A stretch of 64,000 bases of DNA from Syntrophorhabdaceae bacterium (GTDB lineage: Bacteria > Desulfobacterota > Syntrophorhabdia > Syntrophorhabdales > Syntrophorhabdaceae). Of this stretch, positions 37,151-46,899 are shown one piece after another; the stretch's first letter is position 1, and every line of letters begins with the position of its first letter. The stretch lies in assembly GCA_963665295.1 (NCBI GenBank), contig OY762209.1, positions 448,001-512,000 on the forward strand, read 5' to 3'. The position numbers were made by a program, and so were the translations under genes. Below the pieces are notes generated by a model. It was not told the DNA's origin, did not search any database, and saw only the letters and a list, made by a program, of their open reading frames with translations.

Positions 37151-38842
37151 CTATTCGCCCTCCGTATCAAAAAGGCCCGGTTGGTTCTTGTTTGATTTCC
37201 TTGGCGTTTTCCGGGTGGGTGGACTTGAGGAAGGGAGATCATCCGATTCATTATCTGGGGCAGGAGGTATATCCGCAATATTCAAGCTGTAATCCTCTTT
37301 TCCGAACTCGCATCGCCCCAAGAGCATATTAGGAATCTTCTTTACGGTAATGTTTGCATACCTGTCAGCGCAGGCTTCCTGAAAAGATTTGCAGCAGATA
37401 AGAAGGCTTTCATCGGTCGCCATCTCTTCGTGGATAGCGTCAAGGTATTGGATGGTAACGAAATTGGTGGTAGTGAAGATATAGTCCTTTTCAGTCGATC
37501 TTCCTTGCTTCCAATAAAAGGTGTCGTCAGGATTGTAGATAAAGCCTTCATGTTTGGCCATTGCTGAGGCAAGCATCGTCGCATTGTATTCGCCGCTGAT
37601 AACCCAGTTATCCCATTTGTCCTTTTCAAGAAGAGAGGGGGCAAGACGGAAATACCGGAAGCCTCCTCCGCCTTTCCAGTCCATTGCGTTCGTGATACCT
37701 CCGGGATCATCTCCGTCGATGACTTTCTTCATACGAGAAATGATGTGCGTGTGGCAATGCTCGCCCAACTCCACCATGATCCATCTGCGACCCATCTTGT
37801 GTGCCACCGCACCCGTTGTACCCGAACCGGCGAAGGAGTCGAGGATGATATCGCCGGGGTTGGACGCTAGCCCGACAATTCGCTTGATTAGCCTCTCCGG
37901 TTTCGGAGTCGAAAACACTTCTAACCCTTCGTTCGCCAGCGCCTTGCTCTCCCTCCGCGCTTCATCATTGTGACCAGCCTCTTTATAATCCCACCACGTC
38001 GTTGAAGGTACACTTTCCGAGACCTCCGAAAGAAACCTTTTGAGCCGTGGAACGTTGTTTCCTCTCTGACCAAACCATATCCTATTATCTTCAATCAATT
38101 CCGATATTCTGTCCTTTGTGAATCGCCAACTTGTTCCCTGAGGAGGCCAATGCTCTTTGCCCGTGGCGCTGCGAATTGGAAAAATAGCGTACTCCCGTGC
38201 CTCATTTCGTTGAAGTGGACCTGACGTCCACGGCCCACGAGGATCACTATCGGGATTTGCATATCTGGCATCCTGCTCGGCAGTCCGAGAAAGACGGTTA
38301 AGTTTCGCTTTAGCCCGATCTTTGGCAAAGACCAGTATATATTCATGCGAGTCTGAGAAGAACTCCGAGTCACTCTTCACAGCATACTTCTTTTGCCAGA
38401 CAATTTGAGCGATAAAATTCTTCCTGCCGAAAGCCTCATCCAGCAAGATTCGGAGATGAGCCTGTTCGTTGTCATCTATCTGGGCAAAAAGGACCCCGTC
38501 CTCACGAAGCAAAACCTTGAGCAAATCCAGCCTGTCTCTCATTAGAGAAAGCCAAAGGGAATGCTCTATGCCATCGTCATAGTGGTCGAATGCGCTTCCC
38601 GTATTGTAGGGCGGATCGATGTAAATGCATTTGATCTTTCCCGCAAACTCCTGCTCCAATGCCTTCAATGCCAGCAAATTATCTCCAAAGATCAACCGGT
38701 TGTCGAGGATGTCGTTCTCGCTCACGCGGTGAGGCGCGTGGTAGGACTTTTCAGGGTCCTCCAGTAGAATCCGGGGCTCCAGTTGAGGTCGGTTCTCTTT
38801 TCCTATCCACGTAAGCTCCAGTCTTTGTTTCTTATCCACCAT
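37151..38842 (-). CDS. mod: Type III N6-adenine methyltransferase Mod subunit
   Basis: GDNL.AL, IYIDPPYNTG, TPKPE.L, LDSFAGSGTT. Confidence 0.93.
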   Translation of the reverse strand: MVDKKQRLELTWIGKENRPQLEPRILLEDPEKSYHAPHRVSENDILDNRLIFGDNLLALKALEQEFAGKIKCIYIDPPYNTGSAFDHYDDGIEHSLWLSLMRDRLDLLKVLLREDGVLFAQIDDNEQAHLRILLDEAFGRKNFIAQIVWQKKYAVKSDSEFFSDSHEYILVFAKDRAKAKLNRLSRTAEQDARYANPDSDPRGPWTSGPLQRNEAREYAIFPIRSATGKEHWPPQGTSWRFTKDRISELIEDNRIWFGQRGNNVPRLKRFLSEVSESVPSTTWWDYKEAGHNDEARRESKALANEGLEVFSTPKPERLIKRIVGLASNPGDIILDSFAGSGTTGAVAHKMGRRWIMVELGEHCHTHIISRMKKVIDGDDPGGITNAMDWKGGGGFRYFRLAPSLLEKDKWDNWVISGEYNATMLASAMAKHEGFIYNPDDTFYWKQGRSTEKDYIFTTTNFVTIQYLDAIHEEMATDESLLICCKSFQEACADRYANITVKKIPNMLLGRCEFGKEDYSLNIADIPPAPDNESDDLPSSSPPTRKTPRKSNKNQPGLFDTEGE

Positions 38843-38904
38843 TTAAGCTTTAGGCCCTCGCTATGTCCTATCTGATATTCTTTAGATAAAGAAAATAAAA
38901 GAAC

Positions 38905-41784
38905 TCAAGTTATTTTCCATCTTATCAGGAAAAGTTCATTCCTTTCAACCGTTTGTTGCAAGCGGGCTTCGATTTCCTCGATGAGCCTTTCTTTTTTCGT
39001 ATCCACTTCGTCCTGGGCCTGATAGAGGTTCATCCGGAGGGTATTCCTCTTTTTCTCAAGCTCCTTAATGAACCGTTGGGCTTCGACCTTATCTGCGAGG
39101 CCAAGAATCTTCTTAGCCTCTGTTTTCCGGAACTTAATCTCCTTGTCCAGTTCCTTGAGTTCTATTTCAAGACTGTTCTTTACGTCTTCCGCCCAATTAT
39201 CGAGTTTCCCCATCTCAGTATCGAAAAATCCTGCGTTGCGCTCGCTTATAGTTTGAAGCACCTCCACTTCTAATCCGTGCGCCATTTCCTTGATCCGTTT
39301 ATCGATTCCATTCTCCTTCGGAGAGCCGCACGCATTTACCGTGGCGGGTAGGGAAAAGAGCCTCTGACATATATCGACATCAAGTTCCATTCCGTCGTCG
39401 CATATGCCACAGAAGAGCATCTCATCCTCCGCTTCGAAGGAATTGACGGTGAGGTTGATAATGGAGAGCCATCCTGTCCTGCCTACGAGGGGCTCCAGAA
39501 CGGATATCTTCTTTGGAGTTGTCGAGTAATGGAACGTCAGTTCCTGGTGAGGCAGGGAAAGGTCTTTGCACTTCGTTACGATCCGCTGGGCAAGGGGATG
39601 ACCGACTCTGTAAATATTCGCATCTTCGATGTTTTTGCCGATCCTGTAAGGTCCCGAATGAATTTTTTCGTGGGGAAAAGGGTTCTCCCGGAGCATGAAG
39701 GAATGGTCTTCAGACGAGAAGTCCGCGTAAGGGGCAAGGTAATATCGCGTAAGTTCCCAGAGCCAGTATTCATAACGTGAGAGATAGTCCTTGCTTTCCC
39801 GGAGGTTCACCCTGAGTTTTTCATGGACTTCTTCATCGAAGTTCTCCAGAAGAGACTGCCTAGTGATATTCATCGTTTCGTCAATTTCAGTCTCCATTTC
39901 CCGCTGGAGTTCGTCAAATGCATTCTGTATCTCCTCTTCTGACCGGCAGTTCTGATAGATAAGGGCGATGCGTCTCTCGAAGTCTATCCCTGATTCAATA
40001 GTTCCGAGCACTTCGTCGCTCGCCCCGAAGACTCCTTCGAAGAGCTTGAACTTCTCGGAAAGAAGTTGATACACCCTCTGATCGGCAGCGTTCTTTTTGT
40101 TGAGGAAGTTCACTACCACCACGTCGTGCTTCTGGCCGTATCGGTGGCATCGGCCTATTCTCTGCTCTATCCTCTGAGGGTTCCAGGGAAGATCATAATT
40201 CACCACAAGAGAGCAGAACTGGAGGTTAATCCCCTCTGCTCCCGCTTCCGTAGCGATCATTATCTCCGCTTCGTCCGTGAAGTAGTCAACTAGGGCCGCC
40301 CTCATATCGGCGGTTTTCGATCCGGTGATCCTGTCAGTCCCTGCGTGTCTCTCCAGCCACCGCTTGTATATTTGACGAGATTCCGAGTCATTGTTGGAAC
40401 CGTTGAAAAGGACGATCTTGCCTTTGTATTCCGTGTTGTCGAGAATTCGTTTGAGGTACTCCTGGGTCCTCGTGGATTCGGTAAAGATTACCGCCTTTCT
40501 GCTGGCCCCTTTTTCCTCCGCCTGAGCGAATCCCCGGTTGAGGGCGGTGAGAAGGACTTCCCCTTTCGAGTTTTTCTGAATCGACTTGGCCAGGGCATGA
40601 AACTCCGTGAGAGAGCGCATTTCCTCTCTTATTGCTTTCAGATCTTCCGGGGTGTATTCGCGTTTTTCTTGTTCTTTGGGGGTCTCTCCCTCCTCTTCCT
40701 CGGTCCATTCATCTTTCACCTCTTCCACTGTTTCAAACTGCTGGACGATAGAATCCTCTAGGGAAGGTGTTTCGTGCCCTCTCGCTATGGTCTCCAACCT
40801 CTTTGAAAGAGCTTCGAGCGTTGCGGAGATTGCATAGGTTGAGGACGCGAGAAGCTTTCTCAAGATGAGCGTCATCAACTGTCTCTGACTTGCCGGTAAA
40901 GCATAGAGGTTGGGCCTTTGCAAATATTCGGAGACAAAGTTATATAACCGTTGCTCATTCTCACTGGGATGGAATTCCTGCGTGATCGGTATCCGGTTTG
41001 TGTACTTGATGTATTCGAGGACCTGTCTTCTCAGCGTTCTCTGGCAGATGGGCTTGAGCCGCGACTTGAGATCATCGAAATTGTCTTCGCCGGTGAGTCT
41101 GGAATACTGGTTCTTAAAGCTCTTGAGATCACCGAAGGCATAATCATCGATGACGCTCACGAGGCCATACAGCTCAAGAAGTGAGTTCTGAAGAGGCGTA
41201 GCAGTAAGGAGCACCTTAGGCGCATGGGCAACTGCGGCCTTTATGGTATTGGCGATCCTGTTCGTGGGCTTATATACATTCCTCAGATGGTGCGCCTCGT
41301 CAATAACGATGAGGTCCCAATTAACTTGCTTGATGTACGCATCTTTGCTTCGGGTGAAATGATAAGAACAGATAACGATGTCGCGCTGATCGAAAGGGTT
41401 GAGGTTTCCTTTCTTTATTTCCTGATTGAAGGACTTTGTCTCAAGAATAAGGGACGGGAGGAAGAACTTGTCGGCCAGCTCCTGGTTCCACTGCTTGCGA
41501 AGGCTTGAGGGCACAATAATGAGAAGCCTTCTCTTTCTCTCGGCCCACTTCTGAGAAAGGAGGATGCCGGCTTCAATGGTTTTCCCCAGGCCCACTTCAT
41601 CCGCGAGGATTGCGCCCTTCGAGAGCGGAGAACGAAATGCGAAAAGTGCAGCCTCCACCTGATGAGGATTAAGATCAACCTGAGCATCAGATAGAGAAGC
41701 CGCCAGCTTCTGAATGCTGTTGGACGAACAGCGCTTCGTCAGTTCATAGGCGTAATACTTCGCGTGATAAGGAGTTATCTGCAT
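38905..41784 (-). CDS. SNF2/RapA-family helicase
   Basis: LADEVGLGKT, DEAH, LTATP, EGINLQ, YDLPWNP..IEQRIGR.HRYGQ; C-terminal coiled coil. Confidence 0.92.
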   Translation of the reverse strand: MQITPYHAKYYAYELTKRCSSNSIQKLAASLSDAQVDLNPHQVEAALFAFRSPLSKGAILADEVGLGKTIEAGILLSQKWAERKRRLLIIVPSSLRKQWNQELADKFFLPSLILETKSFNQEIKKGNLNPFDQRDIVICSYHFTRSKDAYIKQVNWDLIVIDEAHHLRNVYKPTNRIANTIKAAVAHAPKVLLTATPLQNSLLELYGLVSVIDDYAFGDLKSFKNQYSRLTGEDNFDDLKSRLKPICQRTLRRQVLEYIKYTNRIPITQEFHPSENEQRLYNFVSEYLQRPNLYALPASQRQLMTLILRKLLASSTYAISATLEALSKRLETIARGHETPSLEDSIVQQFETVEEVKDEWTEEEEGETPKEQEKREYTPEDLKAIREEMRSLTEFHALAKSIQKNSKGEVLLTALNRGFAQAEEKGASRKAVIFTESTRTQEYLKRILDNTEYKGKIVLFNGSNNDSESRQIYKRWLERHAGTDRITGSKTADMRAALVDYFTDEAEIMIATEAGAEGINLQFCSLVVNYDLPWNPQRIEQRIGRCHRYGQKHDVVVVNFLNKKNAADQRVYQLLSEKFKLFEGVFGASDEVLGTIESGIDFERRIALIYQNCRSEEEIQNAFDELQREMETEIDETMNITRQSLLENFDEEVHEKLRVNLRESKDYLSRYEYWLWELTRYYLAPYADFSSEDHSFMLRENPFPHEKIHSGPYRIGKNIEDANIYRVGHPLAQRIVTKCKDLSLPHQELTFHYSTTPKKISVLEPLVGRTGWLSIINLTVNSFEAEDEMLFCGICDDGMELDVDICQRLFSLPATVNACGSPKENGIDKRIKEMAHGLEVEVLQTISERNAGFFDTEMGKLDNWAEDVKNSLEIELKELDKEIKFRKTEAKKILGLADKVEAQRFIKELEKKRNTLRMNLYQAQDEVDTKKERLIEEIEARLQQTVERNELFLIRWKIT

Positions 41785-41900
41785 CAAACCGATTATACCA
41801 ATATATCACTATGTTATTGCAAGAAATAAAAGAGGGGCTTCGGGGGATTGTACTTTCTTTCCGCAATCGAAGAAACTCATGCGGACACAATAGAAGGAAA

Positions 41901-42884
41901 TCAAGTCTGTTCGGGCGGTTGTTTTTCGAAAATCGGAGTTATTGTCACGTTGTAAGTAGCCTCGTCGGTAAGGAGTGTCGCAAATAGTACCAGCTCGAAA
42001 TTTGTTTTGTCAAAACCAATTGATTTCATTCCATTCCTGATGTTGGGATAGCCCTTAAACAATATTTTGTTGTATTTCGGTTCGAATAAATTTACGAGGA
42101 ATGCCTCAAGTTCATTGGTTGCAAAAGTCCGAACCTCATCGAGCTGCTTGGGGCGAAATGCATCGTATACTTCTTCGTCACTCAGCTTCTTTCCATTTAT
42201 ATTTTCAAAATTATCAGAGCCAGACGGATCGATCAGTCGTCTTTCAGTGATACCGACAAACCTTAAAAAGATTAATGACAACTCATAAGGGCTAAACTCC
42301 CCTTCTACAAAAGGGTGTTCAAGTGCGAGAACCCTCGAAAGCTTTTCATGCCCCGTCAATCTCTCCCAGATATTTTGATTTTGGGCTTGTCCGATATAAT
42401 GAACGGTATACTTCAAGAATTCGTGGATATCTCCTTCAATGGATGCTTCTAACTGGCCTCTCCAATAGAGATATATTAGCCTTTCTGGTGATAGCCATCC
42501 AATAAACTCTTTCTCTGCGTTGAACAGTTTTATTCCTGCAACATTTCTAAACGGCTGCTCAGTCTGTTTCTCGCTGTAGAAATGAAATTCAACCCAAATC
42601 CCACCTCGACCCTTCAAATCCTCGTCATAGCTGTAGGGATTGAACTCAACCGCCACTTCTCTGTCGTCCCCTCTTTGTCTAATCTTTAAAGAAATGGTTT
42701 GAGTTTCCTCATCGAAGCGTACTTCATCAAAATAGAGAACAGGACGTTGACATATAATGTAGATTGAAGATCCTTTCCAGCATTCCAGCACCTCATCTTC
42801 ATCCTTGAAGTGTTCAAATTCGTACACAGTCATGGCTGGGTACGACATCATGAATTCCAGATCAACCATTCTAATCAGGTCCAT
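41901..42884 (-). CDS. GIY-YIG-like nuclease candidate
   Basis: SIYII ... HYIGQA...ERL..H ... E..L...F.PKYN residue pattern. Confidence 0.55.
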   Translation of the reverse strand: MDLIRMVDLEFMMSYPAMTVYEFEHFKDEDEVLECWKGSSIYIICQRPVLYFDEVRFDEETQTISLKIRQRGDDREVAVEFNPYSYDEDLKGRGGIWVEFHFYSEKQTEQPFRNVAGIKLFNAEKEFIGWLSPERLIYLYWRGQLEASIEGDIHEFLKYTVHYIGQAQNQNIWERLTGHEKLSRVLALEHPFVEGEFSPYELSLIFLRFVGITERRLIDPSGSDNFENINGKKLSDEEVYDAFRPKQLDEVRTFATNELEAFLVNLFEPKYNKILFKGYPNIRNGMKSIGFDKTNFELVLFATLLTDEATYNVTITPIFEKQPPEQT

Positions 42885-42930
42885 TACAAATCCTGCCAGA
42901 CGGCCATATTTACCCCCGACATAAAGAACG

Positions 42931-44466
42931 CTATGGATTTACCAGCCAATTATGAATTACTTTGGGATCATCGCTATCTGTTGTCGGATTAGCCGTTTCG
43001 ATCTTAACGATGTCCGAATAAGCGAAAGCTTCACCTATTACTACCGCATATTGCCTTTCAAGGCCCGATATAACCTTGAGTACTTCTGAATCGCTTGAAC
43101 TTAAAGCCTTGCTAATAAAGTCAAGATCACCTTTGTTCGTGATTTTGTGGATAATGTATGAATTGCATTGCGATAGGACCGTTTTTGATAATTCTGACGG
43201 TCTTTGGCTTGAGATAATGAGGCTAATGCCGAACTTTCGGCCTTCCCTCGCCAGCCTCTCTATATAATAGTTTCCAAGTTTATAGTCTTCCTTGTCTTCG
43301 TCGTTGATGTACCTATGAGCTTCTTCGAATACGAGAAGGAGGCTAATCTTTTCCTTGGCGCCCCGTTTCTTTGACGCGTATTGGTAGATTAGTTTGCTGA
43401 ACAGAAAACTGACGATATCAATTTCATTCTTATTGAACTCCGCCTGAATAATGATAATCTCGCAATCCTTAAATTCGCCAAAAATCTTTTCGACCGTGCT
43501 CTCGTTAGTATTTATGACTGAACTGATATTCGTATCATCCAAGATCTTTTGTAGGCGTAAATTCATGGTCGAACACCACTGAAGCCATTGGTTGTACTGA
43601 TTCCCAGCTTTCTTTTTTATCGAAGAGTCTATTTCTGCTTGTAGTTCCTGTAATGAAAAAGTTTTGTTGCCTTTTGCATTGAACGTATCTATAGCATCCC
43701 TTAGGACCGGAGCTTGCACTCCTTGACTAGCCTCTAACAATTTCACATATTCGGAGGTTGTAAGCGTATTGTGAGGTAACCTGAGCTCTTCCTTCGCTAC
43801 TATAGCAACTTTAAATTCCGTGTCCTTGAAAGCTTGGGCATACTCATTGTTCGCGTCAAAGATGATGATTTTGGGCTTTACTACAGTTCGCTTCCCGTCC
43901 TCGTCTATAAGCCTTCTCTTGGTTCCCTGTATTAACGATGCCACAGTACAACTCTTCCCGGTGCCCGTATTGCCAAAAATGCCTAAATGCTTCCCAAAAA
44001 GGATGTCCGGGTTAGCTGTGATTTTTATGGAACTATCAAGGAAACTTGAACCAACCTCGATTACATGCCTTGAACTGATGGACAGAAATTTCTGATAAAT
44101 CTCATTTGGCAACGCAAAGACATCTGATCCGATGATGGGAAAAGTGTTCACGCCATTTTCAAGCTCCTGACTGAAGTCATCAAAGATAGCCGTCAGTTTG
44201 GCTTCCACAAGATATTTGGAGCTTGTTTTAATATAAACGCCTTCTTTTCTAAAGACGTCTTTATCGTATATCTGAGTGATTCTCGCGACAATTCTCTTGT
44301 TATTGGGCAAGTATGAGAAGACATATTTGTGGATAGATACCACAAAGTCCTTGATGTTCCAACAAAGGACAATTTTGCTGAGCTCTTCTTCTTGAATCAC
44401 TTCGAAAAGAATATTGAGCCCTTCAATTCGAACGATTCTTCCTATTTTAAACTGTTCCTGCGCCAT
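42931..44466 (-). CDS. herA: HerA-family ATPase
   Basis: KHL.IFGNTGTGKS, FEEAHRY, REGRKFG, SQRPSEL; N-terminal HAS-barrel-like region. Confidence 0.92.
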   Translation of the reverse strand: MAQEQFKIGRIVRIEGLNILFEVIQEEELSKIVLCWNIKDFVVSIHKYVFSYLPNNKRIVARITQIYDKDVFRKEGVYIKTSSKYLVEAKLTAIFDDFSQELENGVNTFPIIGSDVFALPNEIYQKFLSISSRHVIEVGSSFLDSSIKITANPDILFGKHLGIFGNTGTGKSCTVASLIQGTKRRLIDEDGKRTVVKPKIIIFDANNEYAQAFKDTEFKVAIVAKEELRLPHNTLTTSEYVKLLEASQGVQAPVLRDAIDTFNAKGNKTFSLQELQAEIDSSIKKKAGNQYNQWLQWCSTMNLRLQKILDDTNISSVINTNESTVEKIFGEFKDCEIIIIQAEFNKNEIDIVSFLFSKLIYQYASKKRGAKEKISLLLVFEEAHRYINDEDKEDYKLGNYYIERLAREGRKFGISLIISSQRPSELSKTVLSQCNSYIIHKITNKGDLDFISKALSSSDSEVLKVISGLERQYAVVIGEAFAYSDIVKIETANPTTDSDDPKVIHNWLVNP

Positions 44467-45721
44467 GGCTTGTGCTTAGCTTTTGAAGCTCCTGGAATGT
44501 TCTAAATACTATGTCTTCCTGATTGTTGGCATCCGAATAAGGCATCAGATACTTGACTATGAATTCAAAATCTCCCAATACCTGTCCCTTCAAGATCGTA
44601 ATCCGATTATCTTCTTTGCTTTTTTCCCACAGCTCTTTGAAGTAGTCGCTATTCGCTTTATCCAGCTCATCAAAACAAAACACCACAAGATTAAAATCAG
44701 GGTTTGCCAGAGCATTCGTCAGGATGTCGTTGACGTGCTCATCCAGAAAACTATAGCCAATCACGATCAGGACGGAACGTTGCTTTCCGAGAGCCTCAAC
44801 AAACTGTCTGAATAGCTCACTATAGGGTAGGTCGAGCGAATGCTTTTTCTTGCTCTGTACGGGATAAATAATCGATTCGTTTCTAATTTGATCGTAAGCG
44901 ATCTTATGGCTTGACGCATCAACAAAAAGTTGTCTTTCAGAAATACCATATGGAGGCTTATTCGCATCTTCGTGCCATGATATCGACCCATGCAGCTTGA
45001 ACAGGTTGAGCGTTTTGTTGTATTTCTTGCCCATACCGGTGTTGTTCAAATGCAAATCCAACTGATACGAAGCAGGAGAAAAATGCCTGTCTTGAAATCC
45101 AAAAAATCCATTATTGACATATATACCGAGCTGCTCTGCCGTCTTTTCGATCAACAAATCATAGTTAAGAGTGAAAATATTTACCTTATTCAGTTTGCTA
45201 TCCCGCGAAATCACCTTTTTGAGAAATTGCTTATGGATGGCATTTCGAGAATAGTCGACATTCAACACAAACTCTTCTAAGAATGACTTCTTCAAGTTGA
45301 TTATCAGGGTGTCAACATCCTTTTTTGCGTCTTCGTCTCTAATAATTTCATCAAAATGATACTTAATCTGATACAGGTTATCGAGCGCGCTTTCGGGTCT
45401 CAACGCGGCATAACCATTTATCGTCGTTTGATATTCCTCATGTGTTTTGTCTTTGTTGAATTTAAACGTCGATAGTAACTCCTTGTAGCGTGCTGAACCG
45501 GCTGAATCATTTATTGCCTTAGAGCCAGCACAGTAAGAACAACCATTACTAATCAAGAAACTCAGATTATCACTGGAAAGGAACTTCGGCAAGATCTGGG
45601 TCCGAATGTTCTCAGTCTCTTTAACGATCTCATCACGCTTGGCAGGATTGCCGATGTCTTCTTTTTTCAGCTTTAGTAAGCTAAGCTCTGTATTATATAT
45701 GTATTCCATAATTAAGCCCAT
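44447..45721 (-). CDS. SIR2-like NADase (Sir2-HerA defence system)
   Basis: FLI.NGCS, FTLNYD.L.E, KLHGS..W, GYSF.D.H.N; overlaps herA. Confidence 0.9.
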   Translation of the reverse strand: MGLIMEYIYNTELSLLKLKKEDIGNPAKRDEIVKETENIRTQILPKFLSSDNLSFLISNGCSYCAGSKAINDSAGSARYKELLSTFKFNKDKTHEEYQTTINGYAALRPESALDNLYQIKYHFDEIIRDEDAKKDVDTLIINLKKSFLEEFVLNVDYSRNAIHKQFLKKVISRDSKLNKVNIFTLNYDLLIEKTAEQLGIYVNNGFFGFQDRHFSPASYQLDLHLNNTGMGKKYNKTLNLFKLHGSISWHEDANKPPYGISERQLFVDASSHKIAYDQIRNESIIYPVQSKKKHSLDLPYSELFRQFVEALGKQRSVLIVIGYSFLDEHVNDILTNALANPDFNLVVFCFDELDKANSDYFKELWEKSKEDNRITILKGQVLGDFEFIVKYLMPYSDANNQEDIVFRTFQELQKLSTSHGAGTV

Positions 45722-45895
45722 TCTTATTTTGAATTATGGTTAGTGGTGGATCTTCAGCATTTGATGCCAATGCTAATATCATGCTGATTCCAAATAATTC
45801 CATCTATCTCGAAACTATTGACCCATGCTTCCATTATATACCCCGTCCCATTATTTACCAACAAGAATTCAGTAGAAAAATAAGCAAATCATATG

Positions 45896-45926
45896 AAACA
45901 GCCTCGCGAGTTTACGAGGCTGTTTT
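45896..45926. terminator. Terminator-like hairpin
   Basis: AAACAGCCTCG...CGAGGCTGTTT 11-bp stem. Confidence 0.7.
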
Positions 45927-45934
45927 GCTGAACG

Positions 45935-46648
45935 TCACATTTCAAATCCGGAGATTACCTCCATGCCTGTGCCTTTGGCCATTTCTTTGAGCTTTTCGCC
46001 GAGGGCTTTAATCTGGGCCGTGCTTTCCCAGAAGGCTTCAGCGGCTTTCCGCATGTCTCCAGTTCCGTAATAACCGGCTTCATCATAAATCCTCGAATAG
46101 GCGACGTACCTTTCGGTAAGCTCGATGATTTTGCAGACCAGGATGTGAATCTTCACGCCTGCGTACTGCGTTTTGCAGAAGAATCCCTCATAGCCATAAA
46201 TGAGGTCAGGTGTATGGTCATATTGCTGATAGTCAGCGAGCTCCAAGCTGACCAGGTCGAAGACGAACTCGATGCCCTCACACTGAGGATGGACATTCAG
46301 CCATATCCCCTTAACCTTGGTATCGACGAAGAAATGTGGCTGCTCTCCGTTCCGAAATGCTTTGCGGACCTCTTCCGCATATTTGCTATCCGAAAATTTG
46401 AAGTAACCGTTGCACTGTCTTGAGACCATGGCCGGAAAAAATTCGATGCCTTCCTTCTCTACCTGTTCTTTGGTCGGTATGAATCCGAACCCGTAACCCC
46501 ACGAAGGACAAAGCTCACCTTTTATCTCCTTCTCGACGAGCCCGTGCTCCCAGCCAAGCTTCTCCGCTGTTTGTTGGAGTTCCGTGATAAGACTGTCAAC
46601 CGCTTCGAGACTCTTTGCCTTTCCCCTGTAATGAATTGTTATACCCAT
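45935..46648 (-). CDS. Hypothetical protein (MGITIHYRG...FCKTQYAG...DE.GY family)
   Basis: AGGAGG RBS before ATG 46648; intact 237-aa ORF. Confidence 0.75.
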   Translation of the reverse strand: MGITIHYRGKAKSLEAVDSLITELQQTAEKLGWEHGLVEKEIKGELCPSWGYGFGFIPTKEQVEKEGIEFFPAMVSRQCNGYFKFSDSKYAEEVRKAFRNGEQPHFFVDTKVKGIWLNVHPQCEGIEFVFDLVSLELADYQQYDHTPDLIYGYEGFFCKTQYAGVKIHILVCKIIELTERYVAYSRIYDEAGYYGTGDMRKAAEAFWESTAQIKALGEKLKEMAKGTGMEVISGFEM

Positions 46649-46737
46649 GGCCTTCCTCCTTTTGTTTTTAAGAACTGCTTTCATGGTAGAGGAAGCGGGA
46701 AATGAAAAAAGACGGGCAATTATGCCGTCCGTGACAT
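46596..46737. repeat. 142-bp direct repeat, copy 1
   Basis: Near-identical to 51793-51934 (offset 5197); covers the upstream region, RBS and first 17 codons of the 45935-46648 gene. Confidence 0.93.
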
Positions 46738-46899
46738 CCTTTCAATGAAGGTTAAAGTCCTGAATTAATAATTGCAGTCATGCCATGCCTAAAAGACATT
46801 GTGATTGCCTGGCCGAAAATACCTTTTTGGCTTGAAAATATACTAACGTGAGTGGTAATGGTTATTTAAAAACCGATGGCGACATAAGGGTGACTTGTT

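Noticed and set aside
34472..41784. DISARM or BREX system
   Set aside because: No DrmA/B/C, PglZ or BrxC-like genes; the MTase and helicase-nuclease are type III Mod/Res.
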